A stretch of DNA of 64,000 bases from Picochlorum sp. SENEW3. Its lineage: Eukaryota. Shown here one piece after another: positions 1-11,980 of the stretch. How positions within the stretch are numbered: the stretch's first letter is position 1; the number at the start of each line of letters is the position of its first letter. Both the position numbers and the translations under genes were made by a program. Where the stretch lies: positions 992,001 through 1,056,000 of the forward strand of contig CP120459.1 in assembly GCA_034226945.1 (NCBI GenBank). The letters run 5' to 3'. The notes beneath the pieces were generated by a model. The model was given only the letters and a program-made list of their open reading frames with translations. It did not search any database and was not told the DNA's origin.

Positions 1-13
1 CTTGCTTGCAACA

Positions 14-40
14 GAAGAAGAAGAAGAAGAAGAAGAAAAA
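14..40 (+). repeat. (GAA)n microsatellite
   Basis: About 8 tandem GAA units followed by an A run, upstream of the 65..466 ORF. Confidence 0.85.
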
Positions 41-64
41 GTGTCTGGTTTTGAGTGAGCTACC

Positions 65-466
65 ATGGCTCCCGTCAGGGATGTACATCACCATAGTAGC
101 ATACTGTGCCGACAGCAATGTCAGAGAAGGATGCTGTCCTGGGGTCCTGGGTACTATTGGCAGCCGGGAGGCCTGCGTGTACAGGGGGCATGTCCTCGGG
201 TGGGGAGAAAGGCCTTTCCCTGTGGGGTTGTGTCAGCATTGACTGAATCTAGCGAGGACGATGATGCGCTTGTGGAAGAAGATGCATCGTCGTGGGAGTA
301 TCGGATACAGAGTGTTGTGGCTATTTTCTTGCTTGGAGCCCTGGGGCTGTCGGCAGCCAATGTGCTGCTCAAGATTGGGGTGATTGCATTTGCACTCGTG
401 TCCGTGGCTGTCAGATACACCATTATTGGCATATTATTAGTCGTGCTGTTGTTTTGGTTCTTGTAG
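65..466 (+). CDS. Small membrane protein of unknown function, probable plastid transit peptide
   Basis: 133-aa ORF: Arg/Ser-rich N-terminus, acidic linker, two C-terminal hydrophobic segments; converges on delta-COP. Confidence 0.5.
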   Translation: MAPVRDVHHHSSILCRQQCQRRMLSWGPGYYWQPGGLRVQGACPRVGRKAFPCGVVSALTESSEDDDALVEEDASSWEYRIQSVVAIFLLGALGLSAANVLLKIGVIAFALVSVAVRYTIIGILLVVLLFWFL

Positions 467-488
467 CACTGTATTTACATGGTATTGA

Positions 489-2150
489 TTATTCGATCAC
501 GTAGGATTCTGTAACAAGGGACTGCTTCATGCCAAACTTGATCTGATCCCCAGTGATTGCGCCTACGACCTGAGCAATCTTGAGATCACACAGGGTCTTT
601 TGTGCGGAGAATGACACCTGGATGGGGAAGAATGCAGAGGCAGCTGCGGCTGGGATGACAAATTCTGCAGATCCAGATGAGTTGTCCTGGTCCAATAAAT
701 CGATTTTCCAAATCCATACGCTCTTTCTGGCATCATACTGGTGGTCACCATCAATCTGGTTCACATGTGGAGGTGCTGCTAATGCTGGCAATGGCACTAC
801 AATCCTCACATCGTGCAAATCAAAAGAAGCTGTGCATTCATACTCAATATTGATGTATGACTGTCCTCCAGAGACGGATGGCCAGCAGTTGACAGTGAGA
901 GGAATGTCGCTCTCATCCATGGACTGGTATCTCCATTTCAACACACCCAAGGGAGCCCCGGTGGGGAACGGGCGTGAAGGATCTTTGAGACCCAGCACAT
1001 GCTCAGATGAATATAAATTTTTATCAATGTTAGGATGCGTCTTAAACTGGTATCCTGGGGCTGGTGCACCATCCAAGAGCACTTTGACACACTGATTTTC
1101 ACCCTCACCATTCACCAACAAGGACATGGATCCAGCAACCTCCATACCCTCCACACCGCCATCTTTATTCAATGCTACACTTAACTTTTCCTCGATCGTG
1201 ACAAAAACGGGCTCTTTTGGCATCTCGACTGGAACTGCAGCAGCTGCTGCTCCACCAACAATATCTTCTACCGTCTCCCCTTCAGCCTTCAGGCTCGCAA
1301 GCATGGAGGCACCGCCAGGCTTGCCACCCAACTTCATTCCCTTGCGTCCAATAGATTTTCCAGTGGTTGGGACAGTTGAAGTCGCGCTTTGAATTCCCAT
1401 GCCTCCATAAGAAGGAGTAATGTCTGGGCGACCATATGATTGTGGCATACCGCCCATGCCCATGCCATCTCCAGAACTGACCCCTCCTGTGTATCCCATA
1501 CCAGGCCTGCCAGATCTTCCAGCATCCAACTTTTGCCTCTCGATCTCCATTGCCTTTTTCTTCATCACATCCTTTGTCTCATTAATCTTGCTCTGAATAA
1601 TCATCTTGTGCAATTTCTCCTCATGACTCTCCATTTCAATATTCTGCCTTACTTGCCCGGACGTCACATTTTCTTTGTGCCCTCCAAGTGTCACCACCTC
1701 ATCAAACGCAAAAATCAGATCAAAGGCCGCAGCAGCAACGTATTCCTCCTCCAACGGCAGCACAAAATCTGTAACCACCTTGCCAAGCAGCCTCAGCGTT
1801 TCCAAATCTTCCAGAATGTTACTGCTCTTATTCGTCACTAACACCAAGTACATGCTCTCCATTGGCTGATACAAGTATCGAATGCTGTCCGTCTCCACGT
1901 ACGTATGCTGCCTATCCGCACTGACAAGCTTGGGAAACGCTGCCAAAAGCCCCTCTATCCTCACCCTGCTCATATCTACGAATTGGCGCGACATAAGCCC
2001 TACACATCACCAGAAAATGGTAAATTTTTAAACAATACCACGAAAGGATCCAAGGAAACGCCGTTCATTGCAGAGTCTCCGCACCAACAACACGTCCTTC
2101 AACGTACCTTTGCCAGATTTGGTGACCACACCGGCCGCCAACACAACCAT
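489..2150 (-). CDS. ARCN1: Coatomer subunit delta (delta-COP); exons 2150-2108 and 1999-489
   Basis: Spliced N-terminus [49 protein letters not shown] and MESHEEKLH motifs; C-terminal mu-homology domain (FKTHPNIDK, GVLKWR); GT-AG intron 2000-2107. Confidence 0.97.
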
Positions 2151-2477
2151 ACTGTCTGTATATAACAATAGAGGGAACAAAAGCGAGTCAACCCGACTAT
2201 CAACGACACGTGTCGCCGAATCAACAACCAAATCGATCAATGGATGTGCCGATCCCCTATCTGCGACCTACTGCGACGCGAGATGTACGATTCCAATGCC
2301 GTAACTTTAAATAGGTATGATATCGCACTAGAAGCCCAGTGAAACTCCGTATCTGTGGACAACGCTCCGTGGGTCTCGAATTACTCTGTCCCCTTCATTC
2401 TGAGAGACCCAAATCACTACTGGCATGCATGTGAATGTCATCCCCATGGCTCTTCCTCCATTTCTATTCGATTCAAA

Positions 2478-4124
2478 ATGCATGTAAGAATGGGCATCTC
2501 TTGTAGGAGATGCATTGGAGTATTGAGACAGACACGGACATGCTCCCACTCACTCTTACAAGGTAGAACTCGACAGCAGCAGGCACAACTGCGTGGGTTC
2601 CTCGAATTCTACTCCACAATACGTAGAGATGGGAAATTTTCTTTTACAAATAGTGGGGAGAAGTCTGTCTTTGGTCATTTTGTGCCAAAGGCTTTGTCAG
2701 AGTCTGAGGGGAACATGCAAGGTACCAGTGGAAGCCTGGTGACAGAGTTCACTCGAGATCTGGGGGTGGATGAAAGGCTCGAGCCTGGACTGTTGGCGGA
2801 GCAGATTGTCGAGCCTACTCCAGTGCAGCGTGCGTCCATTCCTAGAATATTGTCCGGGGGCAATGCTGCTCTCCAGTGCTATACTGGAAGTGGGAAGACG
2901 TTGGCATACCTGCTTCCTGCGCTGACCCGTGCTATCAAGAAATCGGAAGAGGAGTGGTCCAAGGTGACTCGGAAGACTCGTGGGGAGGCAGGGAAAGCGC
3001 ATTGCATGATTGTCGTTCCCTCTCGTGAGCTGGCCATGCAGATTGTACGGGTTGCCCATGCCATCCTTCCGCCTCAAGCAAAACAGTCTGTTCAGCAGTG
3101 TATTGGGGGTGCAAATATCCATCGACAGAGAGATGCGTTGAAATTGCAGAAACCAATCATGGTGGTGGGCACCCCTGGTCGGTTGGCTGAGCTTTCCAGA
3201 GATGGTTCGCTTCAGACGCATCATTGTGGGATTCTTATTATGGATGAAATAGACCAGTTGTTAGCACCCCAGTTTAGAGAAGAAATGGTTCGAATAACAG
3301 ATCATACAGGTAAAAAGTGTGAGGGTGGTAGGCAGACTGTGGTGGTGTCTGCCACAATGACAGCCCGTGTTTTGGCAATGTGTAGTCCTTGGTGTCCAAA
3401 CCCAGAAAAGATATTCATTGATGGTGAAGGGAACACAGTAGAACCTCCAAAGGAAGAGAACGTGGTTCCTCCAAGTGTCTTGGCAGAGACTGCAAGGGTC
3501 CAAGGAGAATTTCCATCACGAGGATGGGGGGATCCTGACGAGGTCTTCCCTGAGGGGATACCAATCACCACTTCAAGCGCGGGAGGCTATGGTGGTCGCG
3601 CTTCAACTCCTTCAATAGCTCCAAATTTATCACACGTATATGTCTCGTCGCCACCTCAACACAAAGTAGATGCATTGAGAAAATCTCTTCATGCTGTGGA
3701 TGCACAGAGAGCCCTGGTATTTATGAATTTCCAGCACAGGTTAAAAGAGACAGAGGCCAAACTCAAAGCAAAAAAGATATCTGCAGCTTCTCTTCATGGT
3801 GAAATGACAAAAACCGAGAGGAAAAATGCATTGAATGCATTCCGGAGGGGAAAGCTTCGAGTGCTTCTTGTGTCCGATGTGGCAGCACGAGGTCTTGACA
3901 TTCCAGAATGTGATGCTGTGGTGAATTTAGAACTCCCATCAGATCCATCACACTATGCGCATAGAGCAGGAAGGACTGGAAGAGCTGGGAGAGACGGTGT
4001 TGTCATATCCCTTGTGACAGATCGAGAAAGGTTTGTCATGAACAAGTTCAGCAGCACCCTGGGCATCACCATTGATCAGGTAGAGAACAGGTTTGGAACC
4101 ATGCTTCCGGTTCGAAATGAATGA
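2478..4124 (+). CDS. DEAD-box RNA helicase, organelle-targeted (RH47/RH58-like)
   Basis: Motifs PTPVQ, TGSGKT, PSRELAMQ, GTPGRL, DEID, SAT, ARGLDI, HRAGRTGRAG; N-terminal extension; start uncertain. Confidence 0.93.
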   Translation: MHVRMGISCRRCIGVLRQTRTCSHSLLQGRTRQQQAQLRGFLEFYSTIRRDGKFSFTNSGEKSVFGHFVPKALSESEGNMQGTSGSLVTEFTRDLGVDERLEPGLLAEQIVEPTPVQRASIPRILSGGNAALQCYTGSGKTLAYLLPALTRAIKKSEEEWSKVTRKTRGEAGKAHCMIVVPSRELAMQIVRVAHAILPPQAKQSVQQCIGGANIHRQRDALKLQKPIMVVGTPGRLAELSRDGSLQTHHCGILIMDEIDQLLAPQFREEMVRITDHTGKKCEGGRQTVVVSATMTARVLAMCSPWCPNPEKIFIDGEGNTVEPPKEENVVPPSVLAETARVQGEFPSRGWGDPDEVFPEGIPITTSSAGGYGGRASTPSIAPNLSHVYVSSPPQHKVDALRKSLHAVDAQRALVFMNFQHRLKETEAKLKAKKISAASLHGEMTKTERKNALNAFRRGKLRVLLVSDVAARGLDIPECDAVVNLELPSDPSHYAHRAGRTGRAGRDGVVISLVTDRERFVMNKFSSTLGITIDQVENRFGTMLPVRNE

Positions 4125-4174
4125 TATATTTACATTATAAAAATCATTATATTCTACTGCGCGGTGCGACGTGT

Positions 4175-6385
4175 TTAATCGACCTCTTCCATGCGAGATC
4201 CCTCGTCGGCATTCTCCTCAAGTTCTGGCAAATCATCAGCATCTCCAAGTCCCAAGTCATCATCGGCCTCATCAATAGAAAGACCGAGCTTCACCATACG
4301 ATAGATTCTGTTGGAGAAGGTGTTTGGATCGTCCAGAGAGAAACCAGATGCCAAAAGAGCTGATTCGTAGAGAAGCTGGACCAAGTCCTTGACAGTCTTG
4401 TCTCCCTTATCAGCATCTGCACGCTTTCTCAGCTCATCCATGATCTGATTCTCGGCATTAATCTCAAGAGTCTTCTTTGCTCCCATGTACATGGCCATCG
4501 CACTATCACGCAAAGCCTGAGCCTTCATGATTCTCTCCATGTTTGCACTCCATCCGTACTCACCAGTCACAAGGACACAAGGAGAATCCACGATACGATC
4601 ACCCACAACGACCTTTTCGACCTTGTCTCCGAGAATATCTTTCATCACACCACAGAGTGGTTCGAACTTGGCCTTTCTTTCTTCCTTTGCCTTCTTCTCT
4701 TCCTCAGTCTCGTCAAGCTCCAATCCCTCCTTGGTGACAGACACCAATTTCTTTCCATCATACTCCTTGAGCTGCTGCACGACGTACTCATCTATTGGGT
4801 CAACCATGAAAAGAACCTCGAGTCCCTTGCGCTTCAAACGTTCCAGGAATGGTGAGTTCTCCACAGCCTTGCGTGATTCACCAGTGATGAAGTAGATGGA
4901 GTTCTGTCCCTCCTTCATTCTGGTCACATAATCCTTCAAGCTGGTCATCTCGTCTCCGCTCTTTGTCGAGTGGTATCTCAAGAGATCGGCAAGCTTGGCA
5001 CGGTTCTGAGAGTCTTCGTGAACACCGAGCTTGAGGTTCTTGCTGAAGGCCTCATAGAATTTGTTGTAGTCATCCTTGTTCTCGGCAAGCTCAGAGAACA
5101 TCTCAATCACCTTCTTGACAATGTTCTTCTTGATCACCTTCAAAATCTTATTCTGTTGGAGCATCTCACGAGAAATATTCAAAGGAAGATCCTCAGAGTC
5201 CACAACTCCCTTGATGAATCCCATCCATTCTGGGCAGATTTCCTCGCAGTTGTCCATAATGAACACCCTTCTAACATACAACTTTATGTTGTTCTGCTTC
5301 TTCTTGGTGTCGAAAATGTCAAATGGAGCACGAGCTGGGCAGAAGAGGACTGCCTTGAACTCGAGCTGTCCCTCCACGGCAAAGTGCTTGTAGGCAATTG
5401 GATCCTCCCAATCGTTAGACAAGGCCTTGTAGAAAGCATTGTACTCTTCGCGTGGAACCTCATCTGGACTGCGCATCCAAATAGGCTTTTGCTTGTTCAC
5501 CAAATCCCACTCGTGACTTACTTCCTTGATGGTCTTCTTTTTCTTCTCTTCGTCCTTCTCGTCCTTTACCTCTTCAATCTCTCCCTCCTTGGACTCATCC
5601 TTCTCCTCCTCCTCGTCATCACTCACCTCCTTCTCCACAGTCTTTTCGGTCCACACAGAGATAGGATAAGCAATGAACTCGGAGTGCTTCTTGATCAAAT
5701 CCTTGATACGGCGCTCCTCGAGATATTCGAGCTGGTCTTCCTTCAAATGCAAGATCATCTTGGTTCCACGTCCCAAGGACTCTCCCTCAGTGTCACGGGT
5801 GATGGTGAATGATCCTCCAGCCTGAGACTCCCAAATATACTGCTCATCATCGTTATGCTTGGTGGTCACAGTCACCTTATCAGCAACAAGGTATGCAGAG
5901 TAGAAACCCACACCGAACTGACCAATCATGGAAATATCAGCTCCGGCAGACAAGGCCTCCATGAATGCCTTGGTTCCAGAGCGGGCAATAGTTCCCAAGT
6001 TGTTCACCAAATCAGCCTTTGTCATACCAATACCAGAGTCGATGATGGTCAACGTTTTGTTGGTCTTGTCTGGTACGATATGGATGTACAACTCAGGGTT
6101 GGACTCCAGGACTGCCTTATCAGTCAAAGACTGATACCGAACCTTGTCCAACGCATCACTCGAGTTACTAATCAACTCTCTCAGGAAAATCTCCTTGTTC
6201 GAATAGAACGTGTTGATAATCAGTGACAACAACTGATTAATCTCAGCCTCTGCAACCAGAAACCAGTCCAGTCAGTAAAGGTCCATACGCAGGCTTCTAG
6301 AAGAACAAGACCGCCCACCACGACCCAACACTTAAACACAGGCAAACAACGTACGAAATGCATATGTTTCAGTCTCTCCAGCCAT
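4175..6385 (-). CDS. HSP90: Cytosolic heat shock protein 90; exons 6385-6355 and 6249-4175
   Basis: [39 protein letters not shown] after splicing; [13 protein letters not shown]-terminal MEEVD. Confidence 0.99.
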
Positions 6386-6629
6386 ATTTATCGTAAGTTT
6401 CGATCTAGTAGGGACAGAAATGAAGTTCTCTTGACTCGTAGAGTTGGATCACACGTGACGAATCCGCTCGGTCAAATCAAATCAAACCAATCACAGAGTA
6501 TCAGCGTTTCTCGTACTCGTACTCGTATATTCGTGATATACAAAGTATTTTATTCTGATTTTTATGCACTTCGGGGTGGCAGAGCCATGATTCTTGTATC
6601 ATGAGACCTGTCATCGCATGCATGAGAAT

Positions 6630-6650
6630 GCTTCTAGAAGCCTCGAGAGA
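6630..6650. promoter_or_regulatory. Heat-shock-element-like array upstream of HSP90
   Basis: cTTCtaGAAgcCTCgaGAG (alternating nTTCn/nGAAn with mismatches) about 250 nt upstream of the HSP90 ATG; the same 11-mer GCTTCTAGAAG recurs in intron 1 at 6293-6303. Confidence 0.65.
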
Positions 6651-6894
6651 AAAATTCTGGGTGGCGCCACCCATTCAAATCTCCCAATCGAAATTCTGGA
6701 TTGTTCCCGTGTTCATAGTGATCAGGATACTCGCTCTCCATGTTACATGTAATGCACATTCATATGACAATGTCTACGACACACCAGGTACATGTACTAC
6801 AAGGTACTACAGATGACATTCAAGCAACCTCCTCTGGCTGTTGCTTGCATGAAGAATAGGCAAGGATTCATTCGTATCCACCCTCCAGACACAC

Positions 6895-6916
6895 ATGATG
6901 ATGATGATGATGATGA
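6895..6916 (+). repeat. (GAT)n microsatellite
   Basis: About 7 tandem ATG/GAT units in intergenic or 3' UTR sequence. Confidence 0.8.
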
Positions 6917-6926
6917 CAGTGGAACA

Positions 6927-7522
6927 TTATATTCCGAAAGACGCTCGCAGCCCCTGAATATATGCCATCAGAAGGAAGAATGTGAGAAGGGTGCAGACAG
7001 CTGGGGACGTCTTTGCCCCTGGCCACTCCTCTGGATTGTATGGGGTATCCCTCACCCTATTGATATTCGTATACAGGATATACCCTGATGAAATGAGTCC
7101 AGTAATGCAACCCACTGGCGCAATCCCAGGATCGCTTTTGATAACTATGGCAGACACAACTGTGGCTCCAATACCAATCAACGTGCTTGTCAGCGTGGGC
7201 AGCCCTGGGGTCTCTGGCTTGTCTTCATTCACCTTTCCAGTATATGCTGCCTCTGCACCAGACACAATGGCTGCAACATTGTACACATGGGTGAATAAAG
7301 ATGAGTGTTCGGTGAGCGTGGATAAGAGACATTGAAGGACCTACCAAAGGCGATTGCCTGCTGCGCTATTGCGTATGATGAAGAAGCATCCAGTCCATAT
7401 TTTACCACATGAGTACTTCTACGCTGCTGTGGGGTCGTCGTCGCTCGAGTTGTCCAGGCGGGGTGAGGTACAGGATCATGCGACCTGCTCAGGATTCCTC
7501 TTTGGCAGAATGAAGTTGTCAT
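6927..7522 (-). CDS. Probable plastid membrane protein of unknown function; exons 7522-7345 and 7270-6927
   Basis: Transit-peptide-like exon 1 joined in frame through GT-AG intron 7271-7344 to a multi-hydrophobic-segment ORF ending EWPGAKTSPAVCTLLTFF... Confidence 0.7.
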
Positions 7523-7992
7523 TGTCGATCTATAGAATAATTAAATTACAATGAATATACAAAGCGATCAATGGGTTGGAATGTGTGAACTTTCTGGATC
7601 ATATCACTCGATCGAGTCAAGGTTGCCTTACATTGAAGGCAGTCCCAAGAACGCGTTCAGGCGCACTACAAACCGTACTATGCCGTCGTTGGAGCTGATT
7701 GCAGCGTTTTTGACTTTGAAAATGAGTTGTAGAGGCGGCGAGATACGCGCTTAGCGACACTGAAGAGCATTCTTCTCCGCATTGAATTCTTCCTGAGTAG
7801 AAACAAGGCACCCATGAATGGTCGTCTGATTGTTCGCACCGGCTAGTTTTGGTCCTTTGTATTCGATTTTGAGGATAATTTGAAATATTTAGAATTATTA
7901 AAGAGAGGTACTTCGGGTTCAACTCGATGGCATCCCGAAACGCGTTTGGTCAATCATCATCATCATCATCACCTCAACAAAAATACATAGCA

Positions 7993-9294
7993 TTACACAA
8001 GATGGGCATGCCCGATCGATACATCGACAGAGCTCGCTTCTCCTGGGTCGAATGATGCAAGTGGACTCGTTTTCTTGTATTGGAGCGCTGCAGTGAGGAC
8101 AAAAGTATCAGCAAGGCTGACTGTTGGTACACGCAGCAGGTGTTCCTGACACCCATCTTCTGTGACATGCTTTTGTGGCTGGGAGAGATGTTCACCAGTG
8201 AGGGACTTTCCATTCAACTTTATTGACTCCAAGGCAACCTCCAAGGTTTCTCCTGCTGGGACTTGTGCCTGAGATTTGACATTGCACAGCCTCAGTCCAA
8301 TGGCATCGAGGGGCATCAAGTTGTCCCTGTGAACTGTCGTCTTGATGATGGCACCGCTTCCGTGCGATGGAGTAGACCCAGGGGTACTTGAGGCGATCGA
8401 CAATATGCATGATAGCCCGGGCTTTATTCTATGAGACATGGCACGCATGTGTGCCATTCCTGAGGACTCATCATCAGGTTGCATATACGTCATCGATGAG
8501 GAGGACGCATTCCGACTCTCTTCCTGATCATCTAGAGATGATATAGGGCTGCAGTCAATGGTGAAAAAGGATTCCTCCTTCCATGCCATAAAGGCACGCT
8601 GTGATGCATGGTCCATGCTGCACGAGCCATCCGGACCTGATGATGATGCCCCATAATAGCCATCCTCATTTCCAAAATTTTGCATCCTGAAGCAAACCAC
8701 CTTCTCAAACTGTGTCTTGTCCGGGACAGGAATCCCTAACTGTCGGAATTTCATCAGTCTTGGCGGGTGTGGTGCAGGGCTCTGTGAGTCACTTTGACGA
8801 ATCAATTGCCTGAGCACGCTGCTCGTATTGGAATCTTGTCTTGCATTAATGCGATCACGAACATCCCCATCCCTCAGAATATTTTGAAGGACTCCGGGAG
8901 TATTTCCAGAGAGCATGCCATGCTTGGCTGCATACAGTTGCTCCCGCCTCTCTCTCCTCTTCTCCAAATACTGCATCAGACGAGAACCACCTCCACCTCC
9001 TTGCTGCTGACCATGCAATTGCTCCCTCGTTGGCGGCGTATGTATCACTCGACCGCTGCTATCTAGATCCAGAGAAGACCATAGGTCAGAAGACGATTGT
9101 CCATCATCAGACTGAGAAGAGGACAAGATACTGCTTTCTACGTTGACAACAGCCTCGTCCACAATATCCTCTGGAAGCTCATCAAAAACATTCTTCCACA
9201 AGTCCAAATACGAGTTGCGTTGCCCTCGGACGCCGTGTATCCCCGCATGCTGCAGCAGAAGCACACTCGTGAGAAACAAGACAAGCCCCTGCAT
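7993..9294 (-). CDS. Secreted protein of unknown function
   Basis: 433-aa intronless ORF; signal peptide MQGLVLFLTSVLLLQHAGIHG; low-complexity middle; Cys-containing beta-rich C-terminal half. Confidence 0.7.
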   Translation of the reverse strand: MQGLVLFLTSVLLLQHAGIHGVRGQRNSYLDLWKNVFDELPEDIVDEAVVNVESSILSSSQSDDGQSSSDLWSSLDLDSSGRVIHTPPTREQLHGQQQGGGGGSRLMQYLEKRRERREQLYAAKHGMLSGNTPGVLQNILRDGDVRDRINARQDSNTSSVLRQLIRQSDSQSPAPHPPRLMKFRQLGIPVPDKTQFEKVVCFRMQNFGNEDGYYGASSSGPDGSCSMDHASQRAFMAWKEESFFTIDCSPISSLDDQEESRNASSSSMTYMQPDDESSGMAHMRAMSHRIKPGLSCILSIASSTPGSTPSHGSGAIIKTTVHRDNLMPLDAIGLRLCNVKSQAQVPAGETLEVALESIKLNGKSLTGEHLSQPQKHVTEDGCQEHLLRVPTVSLADTFVLTAALQYKKTSPLASFDPGEASSVDVSIGHAHLV

Positions 9295-9619
9295 TCTCGT
9301 GCGCTACACACTATGCCATGTGCCTATCTGATCACACGCATATGGTAATTGCAGCCATATGCTATGCTTGGTCGTGTGAGGTTTTGATACGGACAACTCT
9401 AAAGAATGAGTCAACCGTTGACCGTCCTCGAAACATGGCTAGCGAATTAGTCTGTCCAATCTCCAGGACCCTATCTTCGGACATTCCTGTCGCACCATCA
9501 AAGGTACCATTTGATGGGAGAGCGATAAGAATGCAACTACTACCACACCCGAGCCCAGGCATTCAGCCTCACGACATATGCCCCCATGACGCATTCCGTA
9601 ATTATTGGAACAATTAATC

Positions 9620-10830
9620 ATGCAGAGAATTTTGAGCACTCAACGCACAATTGCAGTCTCAGGCGTGCGCCGTGAGTCGGGAGCAGCCCACATGCGCCAC
9701 GCCAAGGCCGCACCTCAGAGACTTGTGTGCAGCGTGGCGTCTCTCGAGAATGTGGATGCCCAGATGGACCAAGATGATAGTTTTGATAAAGATGCAGCAT
9801 ATCGTAGATTTGAAGAACTTCTTGGGGATGCTGATGTGTCGTTCAACCAGGGCGATAAGGTGCGTGGGAGCAGAAGACTCGTGGCTGCTACTTGGCGCAA
9901 GACGAGCATCGAATACGAGCATCCCGTGCATGACAATGTATCAACTAATAATATACAATGTGGTTGAATATGCAGATTACCGGAACAATTTTCCGTGTCG
10001 ATAACAAGGGGGCGTTTGTGGACGTGGGAGGAAAAAGCGCTGCCTTCTGCCCAACATCTGAATTGTCCTTGTCTCCAGTGTCCAAGGCATCTGATGTCGT
10101 GTCCGAGGGAACTGTGCGTGAATTTTATGTCATCAGAGGAGAAGGGTATGGCGAACTCACCGTATCTATCAGGCAGTTGGAGCTTGAGGTTGTGTGGGAG
10201 CGCCTGAAGGAGATGATGGCTGAGGAGACAACCATCACTGCACCAGTAGTTGCTGTGAACAGGGGAGGAGTGTTGGTGGATGTGAATAGTATCAGGGCTT
10301 TCTGTCCAGGAAGTCAGTTGTCTAGGCGTGTGCCAAACTTTGAGCAGCTTATTGGAACAGAGATGGAGTTTAAGATCATAGAGGCTGACCCAGAGAAGAA
10401 CAGACTCATGTTGTCCAACAAGCGTGCAGTGACATCAGATGCTGCCGCATCATACAATGTCGGTGATGTTGTCAACGGAACAGTCATGTCTGTGAAGCCA
10501 TATGGTGCATTTATTGATCTCGGAGGTATTTCAGGACTGTTGCACATTTCCCAAATCTCCCATGATAGAGTAATGGATGTGGAAAAGGTGCTTGCTGTTG
10601 GCGATGAGATCAAGGTCATGGTACTCAGCCAAGACCAGAAGCGTGGTCGCGTTGGTCTCTGCACGAAGAAGCTCGAACCAACACCAGGAGACATGCTCAG
10701 AGACCCTGCCCTTGTGTATGACAAGGCAGAGGAGATGGCTGAATTGTTCAAGAAGAGAGTGGAGGCTGCCGAAGCTGCAGCACTGGAAGGTGATGATGCT
10801 AGCAGCAATGAAGAGAACCAGGAAGCTTAA
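9620..10830 (+). CDS. PRPS1: Plastid 30S ribosomal protein S1; exons 9620-9859 and 9976-10830
   Basis: Three S1 repeats (GAFVDVGGKS, GGVLVDV..IRAFCPGSQ, YGAFIDLGGISGLLHISQIS) and KKLEPTPGDML; transit peptide. Confidence 0.96.
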
Positions 10831-10872
10831 TTAATATCATATCCAGTTTGTTAGTGTTACAATAATAATAAA

Positions 10873-11739
10873 TTAACAAAACTTCCATGCATTATTGCAC
10901 ACAGTGCACTGCACGAATGTTGTCATAGGTTCATCTGCTGACCTGGTCTGCATCTGATAATATGTACATTTCCGCTGTCTACATTTTCCGCACTGAAATT
11001 GATCGGTGGTTGCACGTTTCACCGAGCTTGGTGCAGAATCAAACAACTTTTTGTCCCTGATCCTCTGGTTCTCCTCTTTCTTTGCATCACTTGCCAACTC
11101 CTCTGGGGACGCTGTGATCAACTCTGAAGGGAAGAATTCGCCCATCAGTACTTTTCGTCTCAAATCGGGGTTATTAGAATCTTTCAGGTTAAAATGCAAC
11201 TGTCTAAATTTGGCTTTATATTTTGCAGACACGCCATCCAGTGTCGCATACATGGCGGTCTCAATCTGGCATGCCAATGCCGCTTCGTCCCCCTCTGTCA
11301 CGCCTTCCCCTCTCGCCTTGGCCAGAGAGTCAAACAAATTCTTCCTCACCTTGTCCCGTATCGTATCCCCTGTCATGGCCACAGATTTCTCAACCTCTTC
11401 TTTCTGCTCCCTGGATGGGGGCTCAGGCTTGACAGGCGTCGCCTCAGGACTTTCCAACTGATTCAACCCAGACTTTGAATTCGATCTCTGCACCATGCTT
11501 TTCCAATCCATCACCACATCCTTTGCCTTGACTGCAATATCAGGGTCACTATGCTTCACCAGAGCCCTCACCTTCCTCCCAGCTTGTGTGCTTGCCAGTA
11601 CCTCCTTGGTCACCTCCAACTTTTTCAACTGGTTCAATATATCCAAACATCGCGCTTTTTCGGAACTATCCCCCTCGATGCGAACTTTTTCGGCGCTCTC
11701 TTGGGCACTCTTCACCAAACGTATAGTCTCCTGCTCCAT
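10873..11739 (-). CDS. TFIIS: Transcription elongation factor TFIIS
   Basis: N-terminal TFIIS-N domain, central domain (FNLKDSNNPDLR), zinc ribbon CGKC...YYQMQTRSADEPMTTFVQCTVC. Confidence 0.98.
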   Translation of the reverse strand: MEQETIRLVKSAQESAEKVRIEGDSSEKARCLDILNQLKKLEVTKEVLASTQAGRKVRALVKHSDPDIAVKAKDVVMDWKSMVQRSNSKSGLNQLESPEATPVKPEPPSREQKEEVEKSVAMTGDTIRDKVRKNLFDSLAKARGEGVTEGDEAALACQIETAMYATLDGVSAKYKAKFRQLHFNLKDSNNPDLRRKVLMGEFFPSELITASPEELASDAKKEENQRIRDKKLFDSAPSSVKRATTDQFQCGKCRQRKCTYYQMQTRSADEPMTTFVQCTVCNNAWKFC

Positions 11740-11980
11740 AATACGAGTCTTCTCCTATCACACCACCATCCCAATTATACATGTAAATTTAAAACATTAA
11801 TATTCCGATGTGGGAGGCATACGCTGCAATACAATACTGCATTCGCCTGGACAAGAATTCCTTACATAGAATATTTGGTATCAAACTCTACACACCAAAA
11901 ACTCCTTTTACCAGCTCTGTACGTCCTTGAAAAAATTGATAGTTCATGAAGATGATTCTGTCTTCTTATTTGATCCAGAG

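Noticed and set aside
4970..5812. 280-aa ORF antisense to HSP90
   Set aside because: Shadow ORF produced by codon bias of a highly expressed gene; no motifs.
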